Positions 41,307-54,302 of a stretch of 64,000 bases of DNA are shown in pieces; the first letter of the stretch is position 1, and each line of letters starts with the position of its first letter. The notes beneath the pieces are model-generated. The model saw only the letters and a program-made list of their open reading frames with translations, searched no databases and was not told the DNA's origin. Source of the stretch: Macrostomum lignano (Eukaryota); NCBI GenBank assembly GCA_002269645.1, contig NIVC01000142.1:741760-805759 (forward strand). The letters run 5' to 3'. Both the position numbers and the translations under genes were made by a program.

Positions 41307-41621
41307 CTATCCGTATCGCATCTGGCTGCCCGAGGCGAAGCCGCCCTTGGCCCGCTCCTGGCTGTGGTATCCGGGATGCTGGAAGGACAGCGACGAGGCC
41401 AGCAGGAAGCCGCGGTAGGGCCGTTCGAAGCGGCGCTGGCGCACCAGGCGGGAGCAGAGGGCGGCCAGCCGGGGGCTCGCTGGCCGGCGGCCGCCTGGCT
41501 GCACTGGCAGGCACATGGCAGCAGCGGCGTTATCGCCAGACGGCGTCGACTCGACAATGGCGGCAGCGGCAGCGGCAGCGGCGGAGCACAGCAACAGCAT
41601 AGCAACTAGCAGAGACTGCAT
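41307..41621 (-). CDS. Candidate amidated neuropeptide precursor, 104 aa, single exon
   Basis: aaaatATG start; signal-peptide-like MQSLLVAMLLLCSAAAAAAAA; RQRR convertase site; C-terminus ...KGGFASGSQMRYG-stop (Gly amide donor). GC-rich coding-like composition, CCAAT box at ~41821-41829, AATAAA on the minus strand at 41140-41145. Confidence 0.62.
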   Translation of the reverse strand: MQSLLVAMLLLCSAAAAAAAAIVESTPSGDNAAAAMCLPVQPGGRRPASPRLAALCSRLVRQRRFERPYRGFLLASSLSFQHPGYHSQERAKGGFASGSQMRYG

Positions 41622-42279
41622 ATTTTGTCAGCTTGTCAATGCAACAGGTAAAGGCGCTGTAGAGTTTGGAGTCAGTCAGAGAAGCCGCTGGTCAACCTTG
41701 GCGTGCCTCCTCCCAGCGGTCCGCTGCGGCTCCGGTTTATGTACCGCTGGCCGGTGACTATAGATGGCGCCGGCGCGGGGGCGAGCAGGCTAGGGGAGGC
41801 GCTGCGAACTCCTCGATCGCTGATTGGCCCAGGAAAAGTTCCCAAATTTTTCAAACAACAAAAAATTGCCTAAAAAACGTCACGCGTGCCCCATTCTATT
41901 CGAGGCTGTCTCTCTCCTTCAATGTAAGTACTGAATGTGTTGACATCAATGCAGGAAGTCACCTAAGCTGGAATGGTGTTGAATACCAGGTACTGGGTGC
42001 ATCAGAAATTCAATCCCATTTTGAATACCGAAAATCTTGATTTATTAGGCCTAATTTTGCGTTAGATTGCCAACACTTTTCGTCTCAACCGATACTGAGG
42101 CAAGGTGAATGACTGAGAACCAAAGGAATGTATTTTGCAGCGGACTTTGAGAATTCTGTGCAACAATAAACCGATCAAGGTTACTGGCTGCGTAAGAGGA
42201 TTATAGTATGCAAATAGTTCGAGTGACAAAACCTAATTCCAGTGCCTTGGTCAAGTGGAAGGAGTCTCTTTGTCCCATC

Positions 42280-42480
42280 CTGATCTCGAATCCGGCACAT
42301 CCAATCAAAACTATTGATCTCGCCACAGATCTCGAGTACCAGCTCAATATGTCATTGCTACTCTGAAAGGTCATTTCAAACAACTTTTAGGATTTTTGTT
42401 GCCTCTGGCCTGTTGTGTTTGAAAATCAGTGTTACCGCCTGATGGATGGCTGCGCCATGGGTAGCCCTTTTGCTGCATGA
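42280..42480 (+). mobile_element. Decayed Penelope-like reverse transcriptase fragment
   Basis: 42416-42480 reads VFENQCYRLMDGCAMGSPFAA-stop, matching the Penelope RT motif F.g..Y.Q.DG.AMGSP; upstream PIKTIDLATDL resembles the preceding motif in a shifted frame. Confidence 0.55.
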
Positions 42481-42537
42481 CCAACTGAATGAATTTGCCT
42501 TGTGTCACAAACTTTTATAAGCGGTAGGTTAACGGCA

Positions 42538-43115
42538 GTTCCGGTGTGAGTGAGCGAGTGAAGGTGCAGTTCCGGTGTGAGTGAGTGAGGGTGCAGTTCC
42601 GGTGTGAGTGAGTGAGGGTGCAGTTCCGGTGTGAGTGAGTGAGGGTGCAGTTCCGGTGTGAGTGAGTGAGGGTGCAGTCCCGGTGTGAGTGAGTGAGGGT
42701 GCAGTCCCGGTGTGAGTGAGTGAGGGTGCAGTTCCGGTGTGAGTGAGCGAGTGAAGGTGCAGTTCCGGTGTGAGTGAGTGAGGGTGCAGTTCCGGTGTGA
42801 GTGAGTGAGTGAAGGTGCAGTTCCGGTGTGAGTGAGTGAGTGAAGGTGCAGTTCCGGTGTGAGTGAGTGAGGGTGCAGTTCCGGTGTGAGTGAGCGAGTG
42901 AAGGTGCAGTTCCGGTGTGAGTGAGTGAGGGTGCAGTTCTGGTGTGAGTGAGTGAGGGTGCAGTTCCGGTGTGAGTGAGTGAGGGTGCAGTTCCGGTGTG
43001 AGTGAGTGAGGGTGCAGTTCTGGTGTGAGTGAGTGAGGGTGCAGTTCCGGTGTGAGTGAGTGAGGGTGCAGTCCCGGTGTGAGTGAGTGAGGGTGCAGTT
43101 CCGGTGTGAGTGAGG
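42538..43115 (+). repeat. 27-nt minisatellite (left arm)
   Basis: Unit gtgagtgagtgagggtgcagttccggt. Confidence 0.97.
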
Positions 43116-43818
43116 GTGCTTACAAAAACATTGGATTGGAAGCATTGGATTGATTTGCTTGTCCAAATCGGCGTGAAAAATGCTATCGAATTGCAGTGCG
43201 AGACAAAACAGCTGCTGACCTCAAAGCGGCTCAGTGAAGCACTGAAGACATGCTATTTTAAAACTGACTCTGCATCGGAAAATCCTTCGCAAGCTGTGGG
43301 CCCGGAGAACCCCAGGGGAAACTACTTGACTAGCACCTAGGGGCCCTTCATCCACTGTTCAGAGACCATTTCTAGTGCTAAGAACTGCGAGCGCAATCAA
43401 GGCCGACCTAAGACACCTGTACCACCCAGATTGTTCTTCCGAATGAGGTGCTGAACAATCAGCTGACTAGCAGCTTGAGGCGCAGGTGCGCCAACACGCC
43501 AATTAAAGCCGAGTGGGAGCTTAATTGCGAGTGTATTCTCGGTTTTCTTCGAACTGTTGATGACGCCAAATTGTTGTAATAATTTTAGCAATCATGGGCT
43601 GATTGTCCAGGTGTGTTCAAGCTTTAATATTTCTGCAATTTCGAATTGTTTATGCAATTGTCTGTAATTTTGTGAGAATTGTGAGGCCCTCCGCGACTCT
43701 TTGATCTTCACCTTCGACCAGAGCTGCCTCAGTTGCCTGTTTCAGTCATTATTGCCCGAGTGAATACTAAGTTTACAGAAAAACAGGTATGGGAGAACTG
43801 GGCTCTGAGCGGTGGTGA

Positions 43819-44421
<603 letters not shown>

Positions 44422-44458
44422 TAAAAATATTTTACTATTCATAGTCGCTATTCTTTTC

Positions 44459-44612
44459 CTGAACTGCACCTTCACTCAGTAACACCGGAACTGCACCCTC
44501 ACTCACTCACACCGGAACTGCACCCTCACTCAGTCACACCAGAACTGCACCCTCACTCAGTCACACCGGAACTGCACCCTCACTCAGTCACACCGGAACT
44601 GCACCCTCACTC
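44459..44612 (-). repeat. Same 27-nt minisatellite as 42538-43115, inverted (right arm)
   Basis: Unit ccggaactgcaccctcactcactcaca is the reverse complement of the left-arm unit. Confidence 0.92.
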
Positions 44613-45483
44613 ACTGACCTGACCTTCACACACATGATGTGAATTCATCTGTTTTGTAAACACGAAAATGTTCTCAATAGACACGCACAACTGAGCTAAA
44701 TGAAGCGTACGGAGTTCACCAGTTGCAAAACGAACTATGGTCATTATCAAAAATGCGACTTCATTTAAGAAATCTCTTTTTTAATCCCTGGGTAAAAGTT
44801 TGCGGGCAAAAATAGACTCACTGATAAAAAGCAGTCTGTTCAAAAAAGTTTTTCATTAGTTTCATGTCATCTCGAGGTCGAAGAGCGCGCCTAGCTTTGC
44901 ACTATATTTGAGCTCAGCTGTAATTAGCCCAATTTCACAGCGAAATTGATCAAAAATGTTTCAAAAACGCCGCGGTATCTACTGACAGAGTACGTAGTAG
45001 CTTATGTAGCACGAGACTGGTTCTTTTAATTGAATATCTACAGAATTTATAGAATGATAGTATTAATGACAGTGCGAGCGCATGTGTTTCGCAATGACAA
45101 CATTGTCAATAAGGCCAGAATTCCAAAATTTCTCTCAAGGTCCGTGCAGGAGCCAAATTAATGTTTAATCTAAACAAATTAATCTATTTTGATGTGTCCG
45201 GCTGTCTTGTGCAGTGGGTGACTCCAACAATGCTGACAATCGAAAAGAGATTGTAGTCTTGTACTAGAGAGGTTGGTAGTCTTAGTGCTCTCGGTTCCAA
45301 TAAACTCACAACATTAGCAACGGCAACAACAGCAGTAGCAACTGTCCGGCCAAGTGGAAGCGGCGCGAGGAGTACGGGCTGCTCAGACTGCAGGACCTCA
45401 ACAGCAGTCTCTCAGTCTCTCAGTCTCTCAGTTGACTGGGGCGAGGGCCCGACAATGACGGATGTAGTCAGCAGTAGGATGTG

Positions 45484-45486
<3 letters not shown>

Positions 45487-45575
<89 letters not shown>
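45487..45575. repeat. (CA)n microsatellite
   Basis: Direct reading of the sequence. Confidence 0.98.
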
Positions 45576-45577
<2 letters not shown>

Positions 45578-46019
45578 AGACGCAACACCGGAACCGCGCG
45601 CCTAAAAAACCGCAGCCACGAAGCCAAGCCGCGCACGGCCGGAACCGAAGCCGCCAAGAAACATCGAATCATCCAGGACCGGACAGCAGCCCGGCGCTCA
45701 TAACGACCACAGGCGCCCATTCAAAGGCGGCTGGAGACGTGCCGCCACTCAGCTGCACCCAAGAGCTGGACCGCTTCCCCAGAGCACCCGAACCACTCGG
45801 CGTAGCCCCCCTGGTCTACAGCCAACTCCGAACTCGTCTTATTCGATCTCAGCATCAGTACCTCCAGCAACAGGACCATGCCACCTCCCAGTGGGGATTT
45901 TTAGTACGCCTAGCCGTACGCAGACGGCGGCGCTCAATTCGGGGCGACAGTGCGCCCCGAAGCACTGTATGGATCTCGCCAAGTCGGCGCCGCGCCTGGC
46001 GCTGAGCGTACCGTAACAT

Positions 46020-46572
46020 TTTTAGGCAGCACAAATTCACTGATTCTACTCTTAGTAGTATGATGAAGACATTATGCTTAAGCGGACCCACCCTGGAGCG
46101 CAGCTGCGCAGCTCGCTTTCGTGAGCGTAGTTGCACCAACCTGCACAGTAAAATGACCGGTTATTGTCCATTAACTGAAAATGCATGCACCATCCCCTAA
46201 TCATCAAACATTTTTCAGGAAGAAAGGGAATAAGAACAGTTTTTATATTATTTGTTTCCATTCGGTGTATTAATAATGAAAAATTTTTAAATGATACAAA
46301 CAAATGACAATAATAAGCACTTTTACACATACTAGGTACTAAAGAAAAGAAAAATACCAATAACACGTAAAGGGTACCTTAGATATAATTATATTTAAAA
46401 CATTTAAAATAGATTGTAAGACGAATAATAGAATTGGAGAAGAGTCAAGAAGATAGTGAAACAGCTGACAGGAGACGGAAAGAAAATTCGAGATTTAAAG
46501 AAAATTTAAGGATTTTTCGACAGCGCAAATTCCCTGATTCTACTCTTAGTAGCATGATTGTTGCATTATGCT
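46020..46572 (+). repeat. Pair of ~50-bp direct repeats 494 bp apart
   Basis: aaattcactgattctactcttagtagtatgat...cattatgct (46033) and aaattccctgattctactcttagtagcatgat...cattatgct (46527). Confidence 0.8.
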
Positions 46573-47067
46573 GGAATTTTAAAGATCCCACTACCTATTT
46601 TAACATTCCACTATCAATTTTAGGATCCCACTATCGATTCTGAGAGATTCCATCGTGCATTCTAATTAAGATCAGTCTTAAATTATGAAAAGGTACTTTA
46701 GCTGCTATCTAACACTTTCCTGCCTTTAATAATTTAACTATCATTCACTGTCAATGTCACTGTCTTCTAGAGACCTTTTCCTGGCACCTAGTGCTTCAGT
46801 TAAAAAACCCTGGGGCGGATGCCAGTCGGAGTCCGAGTTAGAACTTAAATCTGTTGTTTAAACATCCTGAAAATTAAGCTTTGAGGATAAAAATCCACAT
46901 AGCTTGACTAGAAAAAAGAACCTTTTAACCTTTTAATATTTTTCAGGGCGCATCCCTGGCGTACCTTAGGCGTACTGCGCCCACAGTGGGCTTGATTTTT
47001 TTTCCCCACTGGGCTGGAGACCAGTTTCTCGCCACTAACGGCGTCACCGGGATCGAGGGGGGAGGGG

Positions 47068-47238
47068 ATCACAAACCCAAAAAATCACAACTCCGAAAAG
47101 CGCTGTCCATCATAAACCCAAAATATCACTAACCCGAAATACCATAACTCCCAAAGTTCTAGCAATGTCCGTCCAACACTATTTCGGTTTTCGGAGTTGT
47201 GATTTCTTGGGTTTGCGATATTTCGGGTTTATGATGGC
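47068..47238. mobile_element. Small palindromic MITE-like element
   Basis: atcacaaacccaaaaaatcacaactccgaaaa (47068-47099) pairs with ttttcggagttgtgatttcttgggtttgcgat (47188-47219); a second arm ccatcataaaccc pairs with gggtttatgatgg. Confidence 0.55.
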
Positions 47239-47859
47239 GACTCGGATCGAGTACCTGATGGGGTGCCCGTCCGTCCTTTTCGGGCTGCTGCATACGATGG
47301 GGCGAAGAAAACCTGGAAAAGATTGGCTGCAGAGCAGTACAGAATTGTAAAACAGTGGAAGAAACTCTTGACAGGAATTGCTAGCTACCGAGTATTTGAA
47401 CGCTTAACTGATGTTTCCCCTACACGCAGAGGTTTTGGCACAGCCAGTCTAAACTAAAAGAAACAATTCATTTCTCCAGACCAGGCCAAGTGGCCAATCT
47501 CAGCTCAGCAAACACTGCCAAATTTCGCAGGGTAAATCCTTGGGTGCTTCCAAGTCTAATGGAAATTTGGAATAATCTTTCCTTGGTGCGCATCGGCACA
47601 CACTGAGGAGGCGGGGCCAAGGGCTTGCTCTCTCACTCATCCTTGGCTGAGCAAAGCTAAGAGAAGTAATTTGAATTTCTCTCCGCGCCTTGCCAGTTCT
47701 CTTGCGACCCGGGCCGGAAATCGGATTGGCTCATTTTCTCTTTCTCTCTGTGACAGCCCTCGGTGGCAAAAGTTCAAAGAGTGCGCCGCTGAAGGAACTG
47801 GAAGTCCGGGCAGTTCGGCTGAATGACCGCAGAATGATCCATTCTTGCATAAATATCAC

Positions 47860-48435
47860 AGGTTGGATTAGCAGTATTACTATATTAGCAGTCCTTTCTA
47901 TTCCTGCATCCGTGATGCTGGCTACATTAGCAGTCCTTTCTATTCCTGCATCCGTGATGCTGGCTACATTAGCAGTCCTTTCTATTCCTGCATCCGTGAT
48001 GCTGGCTACATTAGCAGTCCTTTCTATTCCTGCATCCGTGATGTTGGCTAGATTAGCAATCCTTTCTATTCCTGCATCCGTGATGCTGACTAGATTAGCA
48101 ATCCTTTCTATTCCTGCATCCGTGATGTTGGCTAGATTAGCAATCCATTCTATTCCTGCATCCGTGATGCTGGCTAGATTAGCAATCCTTTCTATTCCTG
48201 CATCCGTGATTCTGGCTACATTAGCAATCCTTTCTATTGCTGCATCCGTGATGTTGGCTAGATTAGCAATCCTTTCTATTCCTGCATCCGTGATGCTGGC
48301 TAGATTAGCAATCCTTTCTATTGCTGCATCCGTGATGTTGGCTAGATTAGCAGTCCTTTCTATTCCTGCATCCGTGATGTTGGCTAGATTAGCAGTCCTT
48401 TCTATTCCTGCATCCGTGATGTTGGCTAGATTACC
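47860..48435. repeat. 42-nt minisatellite, ~13 copies, open on both strands
   Basis: Unit ttagcaatcctttctattcctgcatccgtgatgttggctaga. Confidence 0.95.
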
Positions 48436-48689
48436 TATAAGGGCCAAACTTCAAGGCCCTTTTAGTGTACATGCCTGAAGATTAGAAATTCAGGGTCCCC
48501 TGTACACCCTGTGTGATCATGTGTACAGTACGGCATATACCAGAATATATACTGGTTACAGCTGCCTGTCAATTGCGAGTCCGTCAATATCTGCGTCTCG
48601 GGCGTTGGAGAGCGAAGCGATCTCGATCACCACCTGAAAAGCTGTTGCTAGGACAGGATCCTTGACCCTGGTACATCAGTAGCCAGTGT

Positions 48690-48940
48690 GTTGCGTAAAA
48701 ATTAGTAAAAGAATGGCGGAGTCGGGATTGTCCAGCCTATTTTCATTGACATCTTTGACAGGCTTGACCGCTGGTTGCGCACGGACAAGGGGCATTGCAC
48801 TGCTGTCAGCTGATTTCAAACAGGCGGCTGTAGCTGACAAATTCACTGTTGATCGGCTATTGGCTGTTGGTGATGGATCAATGATTGGATCTTCAAGCTT
48901 TGCAGACTGTTACGGACACTGGGGGGTTTTGGTGGCGTAG
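48690..48940 (+). mobile_element. Possible decayed CR1/L2-type RT fragment
   Basis: Frameshifted RTDKGH...ALLSADFKQA...KF...LLAVGDG weakly resembles the D(F/L)xKAFD region of non-LTR RTs. Confidence 0.3.
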
Positions 48941-49014
48941 TGGTAAAGATTAATGAGTTTGAAAATAACAGCCTAGAAATCCTTGAAGATACAGTTAAGA
49001 AGATTAGATGTGTT

Positions 49015-50670
49015 TTAGAGAGACTCTGGATCTGAGATAGGGGTGATTAGATGTGTTATAGAGACCCTAGATCTGAGATAGGGGTGATTAGATGTGTTAT
49101 AGAGAGACTCTGGATCTGAGATAGGGGTGATTTGATGTGTTATAGAGAGACTCTGGATCTGAGATAGGGGTGATTAGATGATGTTATGGAGAGACTCTGG
49201 ATCTGAGATAGGGGTGATTAGATGATGTTATGGAGAGACACTGGATCTGAGATAGGGGTGATTAGATGATGTTATGGAGAGACTCTGGATCTGAGATAGG
49301 GGTGATTAGATGATGTTATGGAGAGACTCTGGATCTGAGATAGGGGTGATTAGATGTGTTATAGAGACCCTAGATCTGAGATAGGGGTGATTAGATGTGT
49401 TACAGAGAGACACTGGATCTGAGATAGGGGTGATTAGATGTGTTATAGAGAGACTCTGGATCTGAGATAGGGGTGATTAGATGTGTTACAGAGAGACACT
49501 GGATCTGAGATAGGGGTGATTAGATGATGTTATGGAGAGACTCTGGATCTGAGATAGGGGTGATTAGATGATGTTATGGAGAGACACTGGATCTGAGATA
49601 GGGGTGATTAGATGATGTTATGGAGAGACTCTGGATCTGAGATAGGGGTGATTAGATGATGTTATGGAGAGACTCTGGATCTGAGATAGGGGTGATTAGA
49701 TGTGTTACAGAGAGACACTGGATCTGAGATAGGGGTGATTAGATGTGTTATAGAGAGACTCTGGATCTGAGATAGGGGTGATTAGATGTGTTACAGAGAG
49801 ACACTGGATCTGAGATAGGGGTGATTAGATGATGTTATGGAGAGACTCTGGATCTGAGATAGGGGTGATTAGATGATGTTATGGAGAGACTCTGGATCTG
49901 AGATAGGGGTGATTTGATGTGTTATAGAGACCCTAGATCTGAGATAGGGGTGATTAGATGTGTTACAGAGAGACACTGGATCTGAGATAGGGGTGATTAG
50001 ATGTGTTATAGAGAGACTCTGGATCTGAGATAGGGGTGATTAGATGATGTTATGGAGAGACACTGGATCTGAGATAGGGGTGATTAGATGATGTTATGGA
50101 GAGACTCTGGATCTGAGATAGGGGTGATTAGATGATGTTATGGAGAGACACTGGATCTGAGATAGGGGTGATTAGATGATGTTATAGAGAGACACTGGAT
50201 CTGAGATAGGGGTGATTAGATGATGTTATGGAGAGACTCTGGATCTGAGATAGGGGTGATTAGATGTGTTATAGAGAGACTCTGGATCTGAGATAGGGGT
50301 GATTTGATGTGTTATAGAGAGACTCTGGATCTGAGATAGGGGTTATTAGATGATGTTATGGAGAGACTCTGGATCTGAGATAGGGGTGATTAGATGATGT
50401 TATGGAGAGACTCTGGATCTGAGATAGGGGTGATTAGATGTGTTTTAGAGAGACTCTGGATCTGAGATAGGGGTGATTAGATGTGTTTTAGAGAGACTCT
50501 GGATCTGAGATAGGGGTGATTAGATGTGTTTTAGAGAGACTCTGGATCTGAGATAGGGGTGATTAGATGTGTTATAGAGAGACTCTGGATCTGAGATAGG
50601 GGTGATTAGATGTGTTTTAGAGAGACTCTGGATCTGAGATAGGGGTGATTAGATGATGTTATAGAGAGAC
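49015..50670. repeat. 43/46-nt minisatellite, ~1.65 kb
   Basis: Unit gagactctggatctgagataggggtgattagatg(atg)tgttata. Confidence 0.97.
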
Positions 50671-51528
50671 AGGTATTGAGAGATTAGATGTGCCTGTGGA
50701 AGACTAAAACTGAGTCAGGGAGAGATTGGAGCCGGGAAACTGCAAATCGCCAGACCCACCGAGAGGCCGGGCAGGCGGACAATTCATTAAACGGCTGACA
50801 AAGAGAAACAGAAGTGGCCATCAGTTTCTCGACCGCCGCAAGACGTGAAGGGCGCTCGCCTGCTGCCCGCAGTGGATCGCATGAAATGCTTGGCATCGGT
50901 GCTGGCCTGGTGTCATTCATCAGCTTGGGTTGGACCAATTCTAACCATGGGACATGGAGTTAGGTCCTGGGCTCGAATCCCTTGCGCCGTCCTAGCTGCA
51001 TTTAAGTAATCTCTGATATTGTAAAATCGTAGAAAATGCCCTGTTGGCCTGACGATGGACAGAAAACATCAGTGGAGAAGGCAAAAATAGAATCTATAAT
51101 TAATAAGTTCGCACTCGAGTGCACTATTGTTCAATTGAGGCCAGACAAGTTTACGGGTATGAAGGATTTATAAGCCACGAGCTGCTCCCTGAGTCGCCTA
51201 TCCATAGGTCTTTGGAACTCGGGAGAACAGTTGAATTCTTTGCTGAACTCGACATCCTCAAATTCCTTAATCTCGTATTCTCCTTATTTCCTTTGTGCTC
51301 CCCTGCACTGCCCTTCGCCCGGGCTCGCTTTTCTCTTTTTTAACCTCATTTTCTGCGTAGTTCCCTGTCCGCCCCACCGTCTCTGGCTGCAGGGCCTGCC
51401 ATTGGCCTGTCCGGGCGGAAGCCAGAGGCGAGTTAAAATTCCTTTACTCGCCCTTAGGAAGAAGGCAGCTTCAAGTTAGCCGAGAAGAGTCCAGCACCCC
51501 CACTGCAGCTCCAAATTGTTTCTAGGAA

Positions 51529-54251
51529 ATGTCCCTGCCCCACAGCGCAGTAGAATGCGCCTTGGCGGTGCCTTTGATGCTGGCCGTCATCCTGCTGACT
51601 GTGATCGGCAACACCCTGGTCATCCTGGCCGTGTTCACCTCAAGGGCGCTGCGGCAGGCGCAGAACTTTCTCATCGTGAGCCTGGCCTGCGCCGACATGG
51701 CCGTCGGTCTGCTGGTGCAGCCGCTCCAGGTGAAAACCTTCCTCACCGATGACGTCTGGCTGCTGCCGAGATTCGTGTGCACCGTGTTCACTATGTCCGA
51801 CATTTTCTTCTGCACCGCCAGCATACTCAACCTCGCTGCCATTGCCGTGGACAGGTACTGCGCCATCAAGTATCCCATTATGTATGCTAATAAGAGAACC
51901 ACCGGCACTGTGCTCATGATGATTGGGGCAGCATTCGGCCTGAGCGGAGCCATCAGCTTCGGCCCGCTGCTCAGCTGGACTGGCGGCGGGACGATGAAGA
52001 ACAACACGAAGCAGCTCTGCCAGCTGCCAGGCGATGGCGGCTACATCGTGTTTAGCGCGCTTGGCAGTTTCTACCTGCCTGCGGCTGTAATTGCCGGCCT
52101 GTACATCAGCATCTACCTGGCGCTACGGCGGCGGCTACGTCGGCGGGCGGCTGCGTCAGCTGTGAGCAAGTTTTCTCAGGTGACCGCCATGCCCACGCCT
52201 CTGGCGCAGCGCCGGGTGAGTCAGGCTGCGGGGCGGGGCTGAAAGGCGGAGAGTCGGGGCGGAGAGTCGGGGCTGTTGGGGCGGGGAGTCGGGGTTGTTG
52301 GGCGGAGAGTCGGGGCTGTTGGGGCGGAGAGTTGGGGCTGTTGGGGCGGAGAGTCGGGGCTGTTGGGGCGTAGAGTTGGGGCGGAGAGTCGGGGCTGTTG
52401 GGGCGGAGAGTCGGGGCTGTTGGGGCGGAGAGTCGGGGCTGTTGGGGCGTAGAGTTGGGGCGGAGAGTCGGGGCTGTTGGGGCGGAGAGTCGGGGCTGTT
52501 GGGGCGGAGAGTCGGGGCTGTTGGGGCGGAGAGTCGGGGCTGTTGGGGCGGAGAGTCGGGGCTGTTGGGGCGGAGAGTCGGGGCTGTTGGGGCGGAGAGT
52601 CGGGGTTGTTGGGGCGGAGAGTCGGGGCTGTTGGGGCGGGGAGTCGGGGTTGTTGGGGCGGAGAGTCGGGGCTGTTGGGGCGGAGAGTCGGGGTTGTTGG
52701 GGCGGAGAGTCGGGGCTGTTGGGGCGGAGAGTCGGGGCTGTTGGGGCGGAGAGTCGGGGTTGTTGGGGCGGAGAGTCGGGGCTGTTGGGGCGGGGAGTCG
52801 GGGCTGTTGGGGCGGAGAGTCGGGGTTGTTGGGGCGGAGAGTCGGGGCTGTTGGGGCGGAGAGTCGGGGCTGTTGGGGCGGAGAGTCGGGGCTGTTGGGG
52901 CGGAGAGTCGGGGCTGTTGGGGCGGAGAGTCGGGGCTGTTGGGGTGGAGAGTCGGGGCTGTTGGGGTGGAGAGTCGAGGCTGTTGGGGCGGAGAGAAACC
53001 AGTGAGTTATCCAACAAATGCTACAGGAAAGTCAATTTGAGATGAAGCCAACATTTCGGACCTGAGCTCCAGCCTCGGTCAGTGGCCGCCGCATCAAAAG
53101 TGACGCATGAGGCGGCACAGCTTGCTGGGCTCATGTTAACCTAGGAAATAAAATTGCTTGGAGCAGCAGAGGCAGCCCCAAACCGTGATCGATATTTGCC
53201 TGTTTGGCTATCTTTCACAGCCCGCGCATGAGCTGTCTGGTTTTTTAGTTTATCGACTTAGCGCTTAGTCTCCCCCCCCCCCGGTGTCTACCGGAGACGA
53301 GCGGAGGCCCATGAGGGACGTGTGCGCAGAATCCGGACATGAATAAACGCGCGGAACACAGGACTGGAGTCCGATCCGCCACCTAGCCGCCTATTCCCTG
53401 TTTTCCCGAGAGTTTTGCGGCATCGAAAAAAAGTGAACTAGGGGGAGAATTTTCAATCAACACTGATCCCCAAACCTGACGCCCTCTCTCCCGTGGCCAG
53501 TGCAGTTCCCTATAGATATAATTATTTGTCCCCTTATATCGAGGGGAAGTGCAGAAGACGAATGATGTGGGTGATGAAGGGATAAAGAACGCGGGACTGC
53601 GGATTAGTGCCTGAGTTGTAACTTAGGGGCCGCTTTCCCAGGATCAGTGGCTGCAGTGTTGGCTAACGAGTGCGCCCTTCCAATTCGATAATTTTTTTGC
53701 CGTATCAACTGCAGAGAGACTCGCTCATAATTCACTTTATGCTATTCGGCTGGTAGGCACCAGCTGGTAGAGCCCGACTATAGCTAGTGCACTCAGCCAA
53801 GGAGGCCTAGAACCAGAACCTGGTTACTCTTCCCCCAAACCAGCAAGATGACACAGAAACAGACACAGAAGTTTTCTGTTCATGCCAGTAAAACTGCTGT
53901 CTAAAGCCTACAGTTGTCTGCAAATGAGGGGTCAAGGAAGAGTGGCCACTCCAGGTTCTGCTTCTAGGATTCTTTAGCTCAGCCAGAAGCTGGTCAAGCA
54001 GGAAAGAGGCCGGCTCGCTTGGCTGCCCCTGCCCCGTCGCAGCCACCTGTTTTCAATCTTAATTGCGCGAAGCCCTCCACCGACCTGCGAAAGATAAAAT
54101 TAGAAGCGACAGAACGGCAGGTGCGAATTCCGTCAAAGCCAGAATCGAAAACAATCAATTAAAGTCTCAGCTGTTTTCCAGTCTTTGAATTGCCTGCTTG
54201 CTGTTTACTATTGACTCCATTCTGCCGTTTTCAACTCGGCTCAGTCAGTCA

Positions 54252-54302
<51 letters not shown>

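Noticed and set aside
41307-41621. Assignment of the peptide as NPF/NPY or luqin/RYamide
   Set aside because: It lacks the RxR(F/Y) ending and spacing of NPF, and the precursor order is the reverse of luqin/RYamide.
49015-50670. CRISPR-like regular array (also 33070-34505 and 57375-57950)
   Set aside because: Head-to-tail units with no unique spacers, no cas genes, eukaryotic context.
52106-53045. Pro-rich or Gly-rich extension of the GPCR ICL3
   Set aside because: It lies after a strong gtgagt donor and is a 22-nt intronic minisatellite; the phase-0 join to 56576 gives a complete 7TM protein.
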